Below the pieces are notes generated by a model. That model was given only the letters and a program-made list of their open reading frames with translations. It did not search any database and was not told where the DNA came from. A program made the translations under genes and the position numbers. A DNA stretch of 64,000 nucleotides from Candidatus Enterousia avicola (GTDB taxonomy: Bacteria > Pseudomonadota > Alphaproteobacteria > Rs-D84), in assembly GCA_018714345.1 (NCBI GenBank), contig DVNO01000036.1:240-64239 (forward strand). The letters are read 5' to 3'. Each line of letters opens with the position of its first letter. The first letter of the stretch is position 1. This document shows, piece by piece, positions 38,429-48,475 of the stretch.

Positions 38429-39559
38429 TTTTATCAATTTAATGATGTCTTTAGAAATACGGTCGGCGTCAAAACGTTTTAGTCCGTTATAAGCCACACT
38501 TTTCATATTTTTTATATCTATTCTGTTATTAAATACAGCATCCATACATTTTGCTAGTTGTTCTGCATTTCCCGGCTCAAACAATAAACCGCCTGCCCCA
38601 TCACATAAAATTTCACTAGGACCATTTCTACAATCAGACGAGATATTTATTGTTCCAATAGCAATAGATTCAATCAATACTGTTGGCAACCCCTCACTTT
38701 TACTAGACAAAATATTTGCAATTGCGCCTTTCATATACCCAAAAGGATTTGGCAATGCGCCAGTAAAAATAATTTGATTCGATGCAGATAAAGATTTTGC
38801 CAATTCTTCATAGCGAATTCTATAGCTTCCATCACCTATGACATATAACTTTACATCTGGCTTATTGTTCATATTCCAGAAAGCATCAAATCCCTTTAAC
38901 AACGTTGGGATATCTTTGTCCGCATACAACCGGGACACGGAACAAAAATACTTACCTTTTGAATGTTGCGCCATTTTGGATTTTTGTTCTATATAGTCAA
39001 TATCTATCGGGTTATAAATTCGCACGATATTTTTTTCATAGTGCGGATATAATTTCTTAAAATCAGAAACGAACCCATCCGTCAAAGCGACTAATTTATT
39101 ATAGTCATTCATATATTTTATATAATTTCCTGATATGAAACTATCTATAGACGCATGCCACCAGTTAATTTTTGGTTTTGTCAGTTTTTTAAATTCTTTA
39201 TCAAACGAAAAATTGAAATAATCTATAAAAACATCAATCTCTTTAAACTTTTTTAATCCAAACAAAGTACGTTTAAACCAACGATATACATCCCGACAAA
39301 GGTGCTGAAATATCCTCGCTAAAAAAAAGTGGCATAAATCGGTTCCAAGCCAACTTACAGGATATAATGCATGAACTTTTACTTCTGGGTGTGCACGAAA
39401 CCAATCAAGATAAACCGGTTCTTTTATATTTACATACGTAATTACACTCAGCTCTATATCTTTGTGCTTTAACAACATATCCATCGTGCGAATCAAAACA
39501 GATTCTACACCGCCTATTTTCATATCACGAACACAAAAAGCAACTTTTAATTTTTTCAT
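38417..39559 (-). CDS. GT4 family glycosyltransferase
   Basis: GGVESV, IYNPID, SSKSEGLPTVLIES, SSDCRNGPSEIL. Confidence 0.92.
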   Translation of the reverse strand: MKKLKVAFCVRDMKIGGVESVLIRTMDMLLKHKDIELSVITYVNIKEPVYLDWFRAHPEVKVHALYPVSWLGTDLCHFFLARIFQHLCRDVYRWFKRTLFGLKKFKEIDVFIDYFNFSFDKEFKKLTKPKINWWHASIDSFISGNYIKYMNDYNKLVALTDGFVSDFKKLYPHYEKNIVRIYNPIDIDYIEQKSKMAQHSKGKYFCSVSRLYADKDIPTLLKGFDAFWNMNNKPDVKLYVIGDGSYRIRYEELAKSLSASNQIIFTGALPNPFGYMKGAIANILSSKSEGLPTVLIESIAIGTINISSDCRNGPSEILCDGAGGLLFEPGNAEQLAKCMDAVFNNRIDIKNMKSVAYNGLKRFDADRISKDIIKLIKSYT

Positions 39560-40581
39560 TTTTTACAAATTTTTATAAAACCGCAAATATCACAGCGCAG
39601 CTTTTTTGCCCACTTTGTAGGAGGATTATCCAAAGCTCCGATTTTTTCTAATTCACAAAAACGTTTACGAGCATCCTCTAAATCAGCGGTATTGTCCAAA
39701 TATTTTATTTTACGAAAAGCCCACTTGATAAAATACCACTTAAATTTCTTAGACCACTGATGCATCTGATATTCCGTAGCATTCCCCTTGTATAATTTGT
39801 AAGAATTTTCTATTCCATCACAAAGACTATGCAATATACGCAACTGCTTAGCTGACAAAACAATTCCGCCAAAGTTCGGTATATAAAAGTATAAAGGCAA
39901 TGGAGCAATTGTCACACGTGGATTTTTTAACATAATTGCGGACCACCAAGGAAAATCTTCAAACAGAATCCCCTTAATAAAAGGTGTATCAGAAATTAGT
40001 TCACGACGATACAAATTTTTCCAAACCTGACAATGCTTAATTAACCATTTACGTTTAGGATTAAATGGATTATGTGCACTTTCTGTTGCATATGCATATA
40101 CATCATCTGTTACCAGCGTTTTTATATTTGCTAAGTTATATCGCTTGTGAATACGGCCCGGCACAACATTATCTGTATTCAATCCCAATTTATAACGAAT
40201 CATCAATTGAGGTCTATAAATTCTGTCATATGTAAAAGAGACAATATCAGAACCGTCACGCGTAGCTAAGAAATATGCAATTTCCATCGTCTGCGGATGT
40301 ATAAAATCATCACTATCTAAAAACAGGATAAAATCCCCCTCTGCGACACGCATTCCAGCGTTACGGGCGTCTGATAAACCACCATTTTCTTTCGTCACGA
40401 TTTTAAAGCGTGCATCTCGCTCGGCATATTCTTTTAATATATCAGCGCTATTATCCGGACTTCCATCATTTACACAAATCGCTTCCCAATCTGAAAAAGT
40501 CTGATTAAGAACACTATTCAAACAACGTCTTAAATATTTTTCTACATTGTATACTGGTATTATAACAGAAATAGCCGGCAT
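39556..40581 (-). CDS. GT2 family glycosyltransferase
   Basis: SVIIPVYNVEKYL, VNDGSPD, NGGLSDARNAG, FLDSDD, FED. Confidence 0.94.
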   Translation of the reverse strand: MPAISVIIPVYNVEKYLRRCLNSVLNQTFSDWEAICVNDGSPDNSADILKEYAERDARFKIVTKENGGLSDARNAGMRVAEGDFILFLDSDDFIHPQTMEIAYFLATRDGSDIVSFTYDRIYRPQLMIRYKLGLNTDNVVPGRIHKRYNLANIKTLVTDDVYAYATESAHNPFNPKRKWLIKHCQVWKNLYRRELISDTPFIKGILFEDFPWWSAIMLKNPRVTIAPLPLYFYIPNFGGIVLSAKQLRILHSLCDGIENSYKLYKGNATEYQMHQWSKKFKWYFIKWAFRKIKYLDNTADLEDARKRFCELEKIGALDNPPTKWAKKLRCDICGFIKICKK

Positions 40582-40602
40582 ATAACGCTCCCGTGTTTAA
40601 AG

Positions 40603-41511
40603 TTAATTTTTGTACATTTTGTTTATCATGACATCTGCAAAACTTCCCTTTGGTGGATTTTTTGCCTGAGCATAAGTCGTCTTCTGAAAGAATGCCCCAG
40701 AAGTTACTTTATCAAAAGTTTTCTGATCGAACGGTTTGTCCGCATACGCCCACCACAATGCATGTGTTGGGTCTTGATCAACATGTGGCATCTTTTCAAA
40801 ATATTTTTTTGCACGTGGGTCATATGTAACCATAGTTTTAAAAAGCAGCTGATGCATAAAATAATCAAAGCTATGATTTTCATGAATCCAATAATCAAGA
40901 ATCATCGCCCGCCAAGCATCTAGCAAATACGCCCCCTTTCTTGATCTGATAAAACAATTCTGCATAAAGCTGTATGGACTGCCGACGTTATTTCCCGCCA
41001 TATACACGAAAAAGTCCTGATCTATAATCCAGTCTGGAATTGGTGCCGTTGCAAAACCAGTAGAGTCTAGCCAAATTCCGCCATGCTCATATAATAATTC
41101 AACTCTACAAATATCAGCGAAATGAGCATTTTTTATTTTGCCCTCTTGCCGTTTTTTCCAAATTATATCCGGCAAAGTTATATATTGCTTTATAGTATTC
41201 TCGTCTAAAACAACCAACTCTTGCTTACAGTTTTTTCTAACACTACGAAAACACGCCTTGACCAAGTCAGGCGCGTTCTTTTCTCCTTGTAACCAAATTG
41301 TAAAGATTTTTTCATTGGCGTCATCTTTGACAACAGGACGTTCAATAACTGCAGCTGCTGCCGGCAGATACCGCTTAAAATATCGCGGTATAGCCGTTGC
41401 CAACACATCACTACGCACTGCCCGACGCGTTACCCTATCACGCCAAAACCAATTCAAAATATGCCCGCGGATGATAACATCAGACATTGCAAAAAAACGT
41501 GACATATTCAT
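40603..41511 (-). CDS. Capsular polysaccharide synthesis protein (Caps_synth/GT32-like)
   Basis: IWLQG...AP, HFADICRVELLYEHGGIWLDST, DYFMHQ. Confidence 0.88.
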   Translation of the reverse strand: MNMSRFFAMSDVIIRGHILNWFWRDRVTRRAVRSDVLATAIPRYFKRYLPAAAAVIERPVVKDDANEKIFTIWLQGEKNAPDLVKACFRSVRKNCKQELVVLDENTIKQYITLPDIIWKKRQEGKIKNAHFADICRVELLYEHGGIWLDSTGFATAPIPDWIIDQDFFVYMAGNNVGSPYSFMQNCFIRSRKGAYLLDAWRAMILDYWIHENHSFDYFMHQLLFKTMVTYDPRAKKYFEKMPHVDQDPTHALWWAYADKPFDQKTFDKVTSGAFFQKTTYAQAKNPPKGSFADVMINKMYKN

Positions 41512-41531
41512 GGCTTGCTCCTGCTTTTATT

Positions 41532-42617
41532 CTATTCCATTACTTCATCTGTCGAAGCGACTTCATCTTCTTCTGCTGGACCAGTTGTCATTTCTTCAGC
41601 AATGCCCTTTGCCCGCGCCATGATTTTATCTAGCAATTCTTTCTGAACATCTTCATGCTCTTTCAACCATTGGCGTGCATTTGCTTCTCCCTGTCCCATA
41701 CGCTCATTATTATAAGAATAAAAACTTCCAGCTTTTTCAATCAAATCGTACTTTACACCCATATCAAGAATTTCACTAATACGAGAAATACCCTCGCCAT
41801 ACATGATTTTAAAATCAACTGTACGGAAAGGTGGTGCAACCTTATTCTTTACGACTTTTACTCTGGTTTCATTTCCTATAATATTATCCTTGTCTTTAAT
41901 CTGCCCTGTGCGGCGAATATCAAGACGTACAGAAGCATAGAACTTCAACGCATTACCACCAGAAGTCGTTTCAGGATTTCCAAACATAACACCTATTTTC
42001 ATACGAATCTGATTAATAAATATCAACAAAGTATTACTACGTGATACAGAACCTGCTAACTTTTTTAAACTTTGAGACATCAAACGAGCGGTTGTTCCAA
42101 CAAACGAATCGCCAATATTTCCCTCTAACTCTGCCTTTGGCACTAACGCAGCAACCGAATCGATTACAACGACATCAACAGCGCCAGACTTAATCAAAGT
42201 ATCCGCAATTTCCAAAGCTTGTTCACCAGAATCTGGCTGTGAAATTATTAAATTGGCAACATCAACACCAAGTTTCTTTGCATAACTAGGATCCAACGCA
42301 TTTTCCGCATCAATATAAGCACATGTGCCACCTTTCTTTTGAGCTTCTGCAACCGCATGTAAGGCCAACGTTGTCTTGCCAGAACTTTCTGGACCATAAA
42401 TTTCGACTATACGCCCACGTGGATAACCACCAATACCCAGCGCAATATCCAAACCAAGCGACCCAGATGAAATCGCCTCTATATTTTGCTGAGACCCGTC
42501 ACCCATTTTCATAATGGCTTCTTTACCGAACTGCTTTTGAATCTGCGCCAATGCTGATTCCAACGCAGGATTTTTTGCTTGAGTATTCGTTTCTTTCACT
42601 GCTTCTTTTTTTGCCAT
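41532..42617 (-). CDS. recA: Recombinase RecA
   Basis: [46 protein letters not shown]. Confidence 0.99.
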   Translation of the reverse strand: MAKKEAVKETNTQAKNPALESALAQIQKQFGKEAIMKMGDGSQQNIEAISSGSLGLDIALGIGGYPRGRIVEIYGPESSGKTTLALHAVAEAQKKGGTCAYIDAENALDPSYAKKLGVDVANLIISQPDSGEQALEIADTLIKSGAVDVVVIDSVAALVPKAELEGNIGDSFVGTTARLMSQSLKKLAGSVSRSNTLLIFINQIRMKIGVMFGNPETTSGGNALKFYASVRLDIRRTGQIKDKDNIIGNETRVKVVKNKVAPPFRTVDFKIMYGEGISRISEILDMGVKYDLIEKAGSFYSYNNERMGQGEANARQWLKEHEDVQKELLDKIMARAKGIAEEMTTGPAEEDEVASTDEVME

Positions 42618-42694
42618 AAAATTCCCCTTTTCTTATCAAGGAAATAATACAAATTATTTATACTACACGCAACGAAAATAAAAGTACCACAAAT

Positions 42695-43879
42695 TTACTT
42701 TTTGGCAAAAACAAGCAAAGCAGAAAAACCACCGATAACGGCCGTTACAATCCATACAGCAGAAGTTCCACCAAATAAAGTTATACACGCCGCCCCCAAT
42801 ATCGGTGCAATTATATTGGGTAAGTTAACACTTGTTCTAAATACTCCATAATATTTTGTCTGTTCTACTTTTTTAGTGTTATCAAAGAACAACAAATCAT
42901 GAACAGATTCCATTAACGCACCAGACACCTGCCACATTACAAATATAGCCAACAACGGATACCCCGTGATAATAGTCGCAAATGCTGAAAATATGGCAAA
43001 AGATGAAAAACCTATAAACAACCATTTCTCTTTCCCATATCTGCGTACAAGCTTTGCCATTACTTCAGATAATACCAAGTATGGTATAATACCAAGCGTC
43101 AGCACCCAACCTAAAACATCTTTAGAGAAACCGTTTTCAACAACAATAATCGGAACATAAAGATATCTCATTGCCCGCAAAGCATAATAACCAAAATTAA
43201 CGGCATAAGCACGCGGCATTCCTTTTACTTTAAAGAAAGCAACCGTATTCTTTAACAAATCCAAAAGAGTTTTACGAGGATTAACAGGTTTTACTTTTTT
43301 ATCTTCTTGAACTATACGGAAAAATTTAAATGCAAACCAGCCAGATAAATATATCAAAGCTGATGCAAAAAATGCTGCCCTATTATCAAACTGATTTGCG
43401 ATTGCCACCGCTATTAAAGGTGCGAACAATGCCCCTACATTCATCCACAAATGGTATCTAGAATTCAATGGGGCCATTCCTGTTTTCCCAGAGAAATCTG
43501 ACATAAACAACGGAATTAGAACACCAACCAACGTAGTTGCTATTCCCGTTGTATAATCTAATATAATAAAAGTACTTGGCCGAATAGAAAAGCTCATCAT
43601 TGCATAGCAAATTGCCAACATTAACAAGACAAAGTAGAATATACGAACCTTAGAAAACATTCTAAACAATTCGTTTGCAAACAACCCTACGAACATGCAA
43701 AACGCTGCATATATACCTACGTAAATACCAACGGTTGCCGAATTCATAAAAATTTCCATCAAGACCAGCGAATAAACTGCATTATAAATACCGTCAGCAA
43801 ACCCGGTAAACAAACCAAGGTTTGCGAACGAGAATCCGCTAATACCATTCTTTACGTAAAGATACTTATCTTTTGCCAT
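42695..43879 (-). CDS. MFS transporter
   Basis: 394 aa, about 12 hydrophobic segments arranged in two halves. Confidence 0.82.
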   Translation of the reverse strand: MAKDKYLYVKNGISGFSFANLGLFTGFADGIYNAVYSLVLMEIFMNSATVGIYVGIYAAFCMFVGLFANELFRMFSKVRIFYFVLLMLAICYAMMSFSIRPSTFIILDYTTGIATTLVGVLIPLFMSDFSGKTGMAPLNSRYHLWMNVGALFAPLIAVAIANQFDNRAAFFASALIYLSGWFAFKFFRIVQEDKKVKPVNPRKTLLDLLKNTVAFFKVKGMPRAYAVNFGYYALRAMRYLYVPIIVVENGFSKDVLGWVLTLGIIPYLVLSEVMAKLVRRYGKEKWLFIGFSSFAIFSAFATIITGYPLLAIFVMWQVSGALMESVHDLLFFDNTKKVEQTKYYGVFRTSVNLPNIIAPILGAACITLFGGTSAVWIVTAVIGGFSALLVFAKK

Positions 43880-43912
43880 ATCCTTTACATTCTATCATAA
43901 AATTACCAAAAT

Positions 43913-43937
43913 AAAAATCCGCATATTGCGGATTTTT
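43913..43937 (-). terminator. Intrinsic terminator after secB
   Basis: AAAAATCCGCA-TAT-TGCGGATTTTT. Confidence 0.75.
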
Positions 43938-43954
43938 GTTTAAGACAAACAGCA

Positions 43955-44407
43955 TTATTTATTATTAGCTGGTGCTTGCTGCATCTGTTTTTGTCTATCC
44001 TCGTAAAGTTTTTCGAAATCAACCGGTTGCATAACAAATGCAGGAAAACCGGATTCCGCAGTCATACGAGTAATTAAAGCGCGAACTGCAGGGAATAATA
44101 ACGTTGGAACATTTATTAACAATGTACGCTTTTTAACCTCTTCATCCTTTTCTTCTTCCATCTGAACCAAACCAGAATAAGTAGATTCAATTAAGAAAAT
44201 AGACTTATCCCCATTTTCCAGTTTTGAATGTATCTTTGTGATTAAATCTACCATAAATAAGTTATTTTCGGCACCTTTGATTTGGATATCTATGTTGATT
44301 TCCATTTTTGCCTGTCCGTTATCATTTTTAAAGAATAATTCTGGAACATTTGGGCTTTCAAACGAAAAATCTTTTAAAAACTGGGTAATAATATTAAATT
44401 TTGCCAT
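43955..44407 (-). CDS. secB: Protein-export chaperone SecB
   Basis: QFLKDFSFESPNVP, PTLLFPAVR, GFPAFVMQPVDF. Confidence 0.95.
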   Translation of the reverse strand: MAKFNIITQFLKDFSFESPNVPELFFKNDNGQAKMEINIDIQIKGAENNLFMVDLITKIHSKLENGDKSIFLIESTYSGLVQMEEEKDEEVKKRTLLINVPTLLFPAVRALITRMTAESGFPAFVMQPVDFEKLYEDRQKQMQQAPANNK

Positions 44408-44489
44408 TGCGAATACTCCTTTTTTTAGGCACCGTTTTATGGTAATATAGCATTATAAAAGATTTTTACAAGTGGGGGGAAAGATAAAA

Positions 44490-45593
44490 ATGTTGGGTTC
44501 TGCAAAGCGGTTATTGTTTCGCTCGTTTAGCTTTTTGTTATGTGTATTTGTATTAACTTCTTGTGATTTGTCTGTACCAACCCACCAGGGTAACAATGCC
44601 GTAATACCATCAAACCTAAAGAAAGTATCGTATAACGATTTACCTGGGTGGCGGAACGATGATGTTAGATATGCATTACAAGCTTTTCGTAACTCTTGCC
44701 GTGCCAGAATTCAATATACAGGGAAAGTAATCCCCGACCGCGAACTTTTTCAAGAAAAATGTCGCATGCTGCCATCTGCATCTGCAGACGTTGCCACAAT
44801 ACGGGCATGGTTTGAATCAAACTTTCAACCATACCAAGTATTTAACGATGACGGTTCGTCCAAGGGATTATATACGGGGTATTATTCTCCTATAATTCCA
44901 GGTTGCCGTACGAAAACAGCCCAATGTAATGAACCGCTTATGGGTGTTCCAACAGATGGCAGAAACTATAAGGGTGTTCCCAAGAAACAGATTGTAGAAC
45001 AACAAATAGGTAGACCTTTATATTGGGCAAACATAGTTGATGTTCAGAACATACAAATCCAAGGCAGTGGTATGTTGCAGTTAGATGATGGCACAATGGT
45101 AAAATTGAATTTTGCCGCTGTAAACGACCTGCCCTTCAAATCGATTGGCGAACAACTTCGTTCAAAAGGCATCAGACCACCGAACGGTTATTCTGCTGAT
45201 GCGGTATGGCAATATTTAAAACAAAACCCAAGCTTAGCCAAAGAGGTGATTTACAACAATCCGCGTTATGTGTATTTCTATGAATCTGTTCCACCAGATG
45301 TTATTGGAAAACTTGGCACACCATTATCAAAGATTCGTTCTATAGCAATGGATGACAGCATATACACTCTTGGTCTGCCAGTATATGTGGATACAAATTT
45401 ATCTGACGGTCGACGTTTCAGTCGCCTGATGATAGCACAAGATACAGGAAGTGCTATACGTGGTTGGATTCGTGCTGACATATTCTTTGGCAAAGGAGAT
45501 GAAGCATACAAATTTGCACACGGTCAGCATGCACAGGGAAAAATGTTCATTTTGATGCCAAAAGAATACACGTATGTCAAACCAACAAAATGA
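44490..45593 (+). CDS. mltA: Membrane-bound lytic murein transglycosylase A (lipoprotein)
   Basis: Lipobox LTSC, TGYYSP, IQIQGSG, NPRYVYF, IAQDTGSAIRG, RADIFFG. Confidence 0.93.
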   Translation: MLGSAKRLLFRSFSFLLCVFVLTSCDLSVPTHQGNNAVIPSNLKKVSYNDLPGWRNDDVRYALQAFRNSCRARIQYTGKVIPDRELFQEKCRMLPSASADVATIRAWFESNFQPYQVFNDDGSSKGLYTGYYSPIIPGCRTKTAQCNEPLMGVPTDGRNYKGVPKKQIVEQQIGRPLYWANIVDVQNIQIQGSGMLQLDDGTMVKLNFAAVNDLPFKSIGEQLRSKGIRPPNGYSADAVWQYLKQNPSLAKEVIYNNPRYVYFYESVPPDVIGKLGTPLSKIRSIAMDDSIYTLGLPVYVDTNLSDGRRFSRLMIAQDTGSAIRGWIRADIFFGKGDEAYKFAHGQHAQGKMFILMPKEYTYVKPTK

Positions 45594-45903
45594 TTTCAAC
45601 AAACGTTCAAAGCGTCCTCAGACAATTGCTAGTGCGATGGGCGATTTGATGCGCATGTTTGGCATTCGTGCATCTGATGCAGACTTGGTAAAACGTTGGG
45701 ATAAAATAATGGGGCCAGAAATATCCAGTATTGCCAGCATTGCATCAATAAAAAAAATGAAAGATGGAAACTTTAATATAACCTTGCGTCCAAACAACCC
45801 AGCATTCACATTGCAACTTTCATACATGACAGAAGAAATAAAAGAAAAAATAAACAAATATTTCGGTCGTGACGCAGTTGCAAAAATTAGTTTTAGAAAA
45901 TAA
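45574..45903 (+). CDS. DciA/DUF721 family protein
   Basis: LVKRWDKIMGPEI...LQLSYMTEEIKEKINKYFGRDAVAKI. Confidence 0.85.
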   Translation: MSNQQNDFNKRSKRPQTIASAMGDLMRMFGIRASDADLVKRWDKIMGPEISSIASIASIKKMKDGNFNITLRPNNPAFTLQLSYMTEEIKEKINKYFGRDAVAKISFRK

Positions 45904-45955
45904 AAAACGCTGTATATACTAGAAATTAAGCATATACAGCAATTTTTATACAAAA

Positions 45956-46234
45956 TTATTTTATCATTTTTCTTTCCCACCAAATCGCAATTGCAGGAAC
46001 CAAGAAAAGGATTACACCGGCCAATCCCCACAAAGCCAACGTTCCAACCGCATAGACAAAGAACATAGGTGCGGACACGCCAGTAACCCATACACCAAAA
46101 TAAATAAGCTGTGGTACAAAGGTTAACATCCATATCAACAAAACCAACAAAGTATTTACGGCGAATGCGCGAAGCAACACTCGTTGTTTAGATAATAACT
46201 TTATGTTACGCATTTCTTGAAAATCGTTTTTCAT
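45956..46234 (-). CDS. Small hypothetical membrane protein
   Basis: 92-aa hydrophobic ORF with AGGGGG RBS. Confidence 0.7.
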   Translation of the reverse strand: MKNDFQEMRNIKLLSKQRVLLRAFAVNTLLVLLIWMLTFVPQLIYFGVWVTGVSAPMFFVYAVGTLALWGLAGVILFLVPAIAIWWERKMIK

Positions 46235-46283
46235 AATTTCCCCCTTTGCTGGTTATTATGATTATATCATAAAAGAAGTTTTC

Positions 46284-46763
46284 TTAGAAACTGAATTTAC
46301 TCATATTAGCATGAGCCAATGCAATTGCTATAGCATCACTTTCATCAGATGTTTTTGGTTTTGCCGCCGGCAATAAAATTCTTACCATTTTATAAACTTG
46401 TTCTTTATCTGCATGACCAGCGGAAGTTAAGGCTTTTTTTATTTTATTCGGTTCATACTCAAATACAGGAATATCCTTATTTGCAACAGCAACTATTGCA
46501 GCCGCCCTAGCATGCCCCAGTATTAAAGTCGTTTTTGGATTTTGATTTACGAATGTAATTTCTATACTGCACACATCGGGGCAAAATTTTTCACAAAGTT
46601 CCGTAACACCACGAAAAATTATGCTTAACCGTTCGGGCAACGATAAAGATGTTTTTGGCAAAATCACCCCACTTGCAACATAGTGACGCTCTGCCCCACT
46701 AGAATCAATGATGGCCCAACCTGTATGTAAAAGTCCCGGATCAATACCGATTATTCTTGTCAT
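46284..46763 (-). CDS. ruvC: Crossover junction endodeoxyribonuclease RuvC
   Basis: IIGIDPG, LGHARAA, GHADKEQV, DESDAIAIA. Confidence 0.96.
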   Translation of the reverse strand: MTRIIGIDPGLLHTGWAIIDSSGAERHYVASGVILPKTSLSLPERLSIIFRGVTELCEKFCPDVCSIEITFVNQNPKTTLILGHARAAAIVAVANKDIPVFEYEPNKIKKALTSAGHADKEQVYKMVRILLPAAKPKTSDESDAIAIALAHANMSKFSF

Positions 46764-46772
46764 AATATAATT

Positions 46773-47423
46773 TTATCTTTTTAACTTAATTTCATACGTT
46801 CCATCTGAATTTTCCCAGACCTCCCAATTTTTTCTATCACAATATAAATTCATATCTCTTTCCAAGAATTGAATATCATCACGAAAATCACATTCCAATT
46901 TAGCTGATGGGACACAAGACAACGTAGCTTTCATTTCTTTACAATATTTATTGATTATATAAGCCTGTAATCTTCCTGCAAAAAACGTATTCGCCATACC
47001 CTGCCTATTTAAAGCGGTAAATTTATACGACACGTTATAAATATCATCTCCACCTTCTGTATCTGTATCGGACGATTGCTTGGCCGTGGCGTTTTCAAAA
47101 ACAGCAAAAGTCATATTTAAACATTGGTCCAACAAAGTTTCACTTTCTTCTAAATTTTTCAACTTTAAAGCGAAGCCGTAACAATTTGTCCCCAATTCAT
47201 ACATAGATATCGATATGCATTTAAGAGCCTCATTATAGTACCCATAAGACATCAACATCTCAACGAAAGAATCTGTTTCTGATTCTGAAAAGATGGAACG
47301 CAAAGGTTTCTCTATATCCGACCAAGCTAAATTATAAGAATAATCCACAGAAAAATTATCATCTGCCAGTGCTGGGGCAAACAAACCAAAGGATAAAAAC
47401 AAACACATCATAAATCTTATCAT
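46773..47423 (-). CDS. Hypothetical secreted Cys-containing protein
   Basis: Signal peptide (...APALA-DD); coupled to the upstream gene by an ATGA overlap. Confidence 0.7.
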   Translation of the reverse strand: MIRFMMCLFLSFGLFAPALADDNFSVDYSYNLAWSDIEKPLRSIFSESETDSFVEMLMSYGYYNEALKCISISMYELGTNCYGFALKLKNLEESETLLDQCLNMTFAVFENATAKQSSDTDTEGGDDIYNVSYKFTALNRQGMANTFFAGRLQAYIINKYCKEMKATLSCVPSAKLECDFRDDIQFLERDMNLYCDRKNWEVWENSDGTYEIKLKR

Positions 47424-48379
47424 TTTAACGCCCCCTCGCATTCGTCAGCAATATTCACAATCTTCTTTATTGCATTTATTTGCGTAGCATTAAAGACAGT
47501 TGCTGTTAAAGACGCAGCAGTCGTTGCCCCACCTAATATATTTGAAGCCTTATTTAAATTCTTCTCTCTGTCTGCATTGTCTGTCTTTTTGTTCGCCATT
47601 CCAGAAGTTATTGTTCCAGAAAGCCCAGTAACCGCACCAATAGCGCTAGAAATTGTAGCCCCATCTGATTTCTTATTAATTACTGATAAATCTGCAAACT
47701 CATATTCGCCACAAGCCTTAATAATTCGGTCTGCACGTGCTGAATTTGAAGATTCTAATTCGCCCGCAACATGAGCCTGCAATTTGGCATTTTCTAAGCT
47801 TTCAACAGATTTAATACAATTTTGAATTTTTGTAATCAAGTCATCGTCCGCACGATTTTTGCTAGCCATCACAGCACCCGCAATATTAGCCACCGTACTA
47901 GTTGCCATTAAACCTGTACGAACATTACCAAGCGTCTCAGATTTTTGCTGCTCTTTTTTTAACTGTTCTTCTAAGGGATTTTTAACTGCATCATCAGATT
48001 TTTTCAAACCAGAATCTTTAATAGCAGCAGCCAATTCTGCTTTACTAACTTTTGTCTTATCAAAGCCAGTATTAGTTACGGTCGCATCTTCAACACTTCC
48101 CATTTTATATCTATCTAGCAAGTTTTTTATTTCTTCGATGCTTTTATCTGTCTTCGACTTAACAATACCAGAAATAGTAGCCCCTGCTCCAACAGCCGTA
48201 CCAATACCAGTCACTGCCGTATTTATACCTGCCATTCTTTTTAAATCATCCATACTGCTTGATATACCAGAACAATGAATTCTTGCAGATTCTAAAGCTA
48301 TATCAAAACTTGCAGGTTCTGCCGCAAATGCATTGAAAACACAAAAGTTAATCAGTAAAAACACTCGACATAATTTCAT
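47420..48379 (-). CDS. Hypothetical secreted protein with four Gly/Ala/Thr-rich helices (two-fold internal repeat)
   Basis: Signal peptide (NAFA-AE); repeated small-residue hydrophobic helices. Confidence 0.75.
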   Translation of the reverse strand: MKLCRVFLLINFCVFNAFAAEPASFDIALESARIHCSGISSSMDDLKRMAGINTAVTGIGTAVGAGATISGIVKSKTDKSIEEIKNLLDRYKMGSVEDATVTNTGFDKTKVSKAELAAAIKDSGLKKSDDAVKNPLEEQLKKEQQKSETLGNVRTGLMATSTVANIAGAVMASKNRADDDLITKIQNCIKSVESLENAKLQAHVAGELESSNSARADRIIKACGEYEFADLSVINKKSDGATISSAIGAVTGLSGTITSGMANKKTDNADREKNLNKASNILGGATTAASLTATVFNATQINAIKKIVNIADECEGALK

Positions 48380-48427
48380 TAAAAAGCCCCACCTACGTTC
48401 TAGGGGATTATATCACATTTATAAGCA

Positions 48428-48461
48428 CAAAAAAAGCGTCACAAAAGTGTGACGCCTTTTT
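48428..48461 (-). terminator. Intrinsic terminator after yebC
   Basis: GCGTCACA-AAAG-TGTGACGC flanked by A and T tracts. Confidence 0.75.
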
Positions 48462-48475
48462 ATAATTCTTTACTT

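Noticed and set aside
42618-42694. LexA box upstream of recA
   Set aside because: No GTTC-N7-GTTC (alphaproteobacterial) or CTGT-N8-ACAG match was found.
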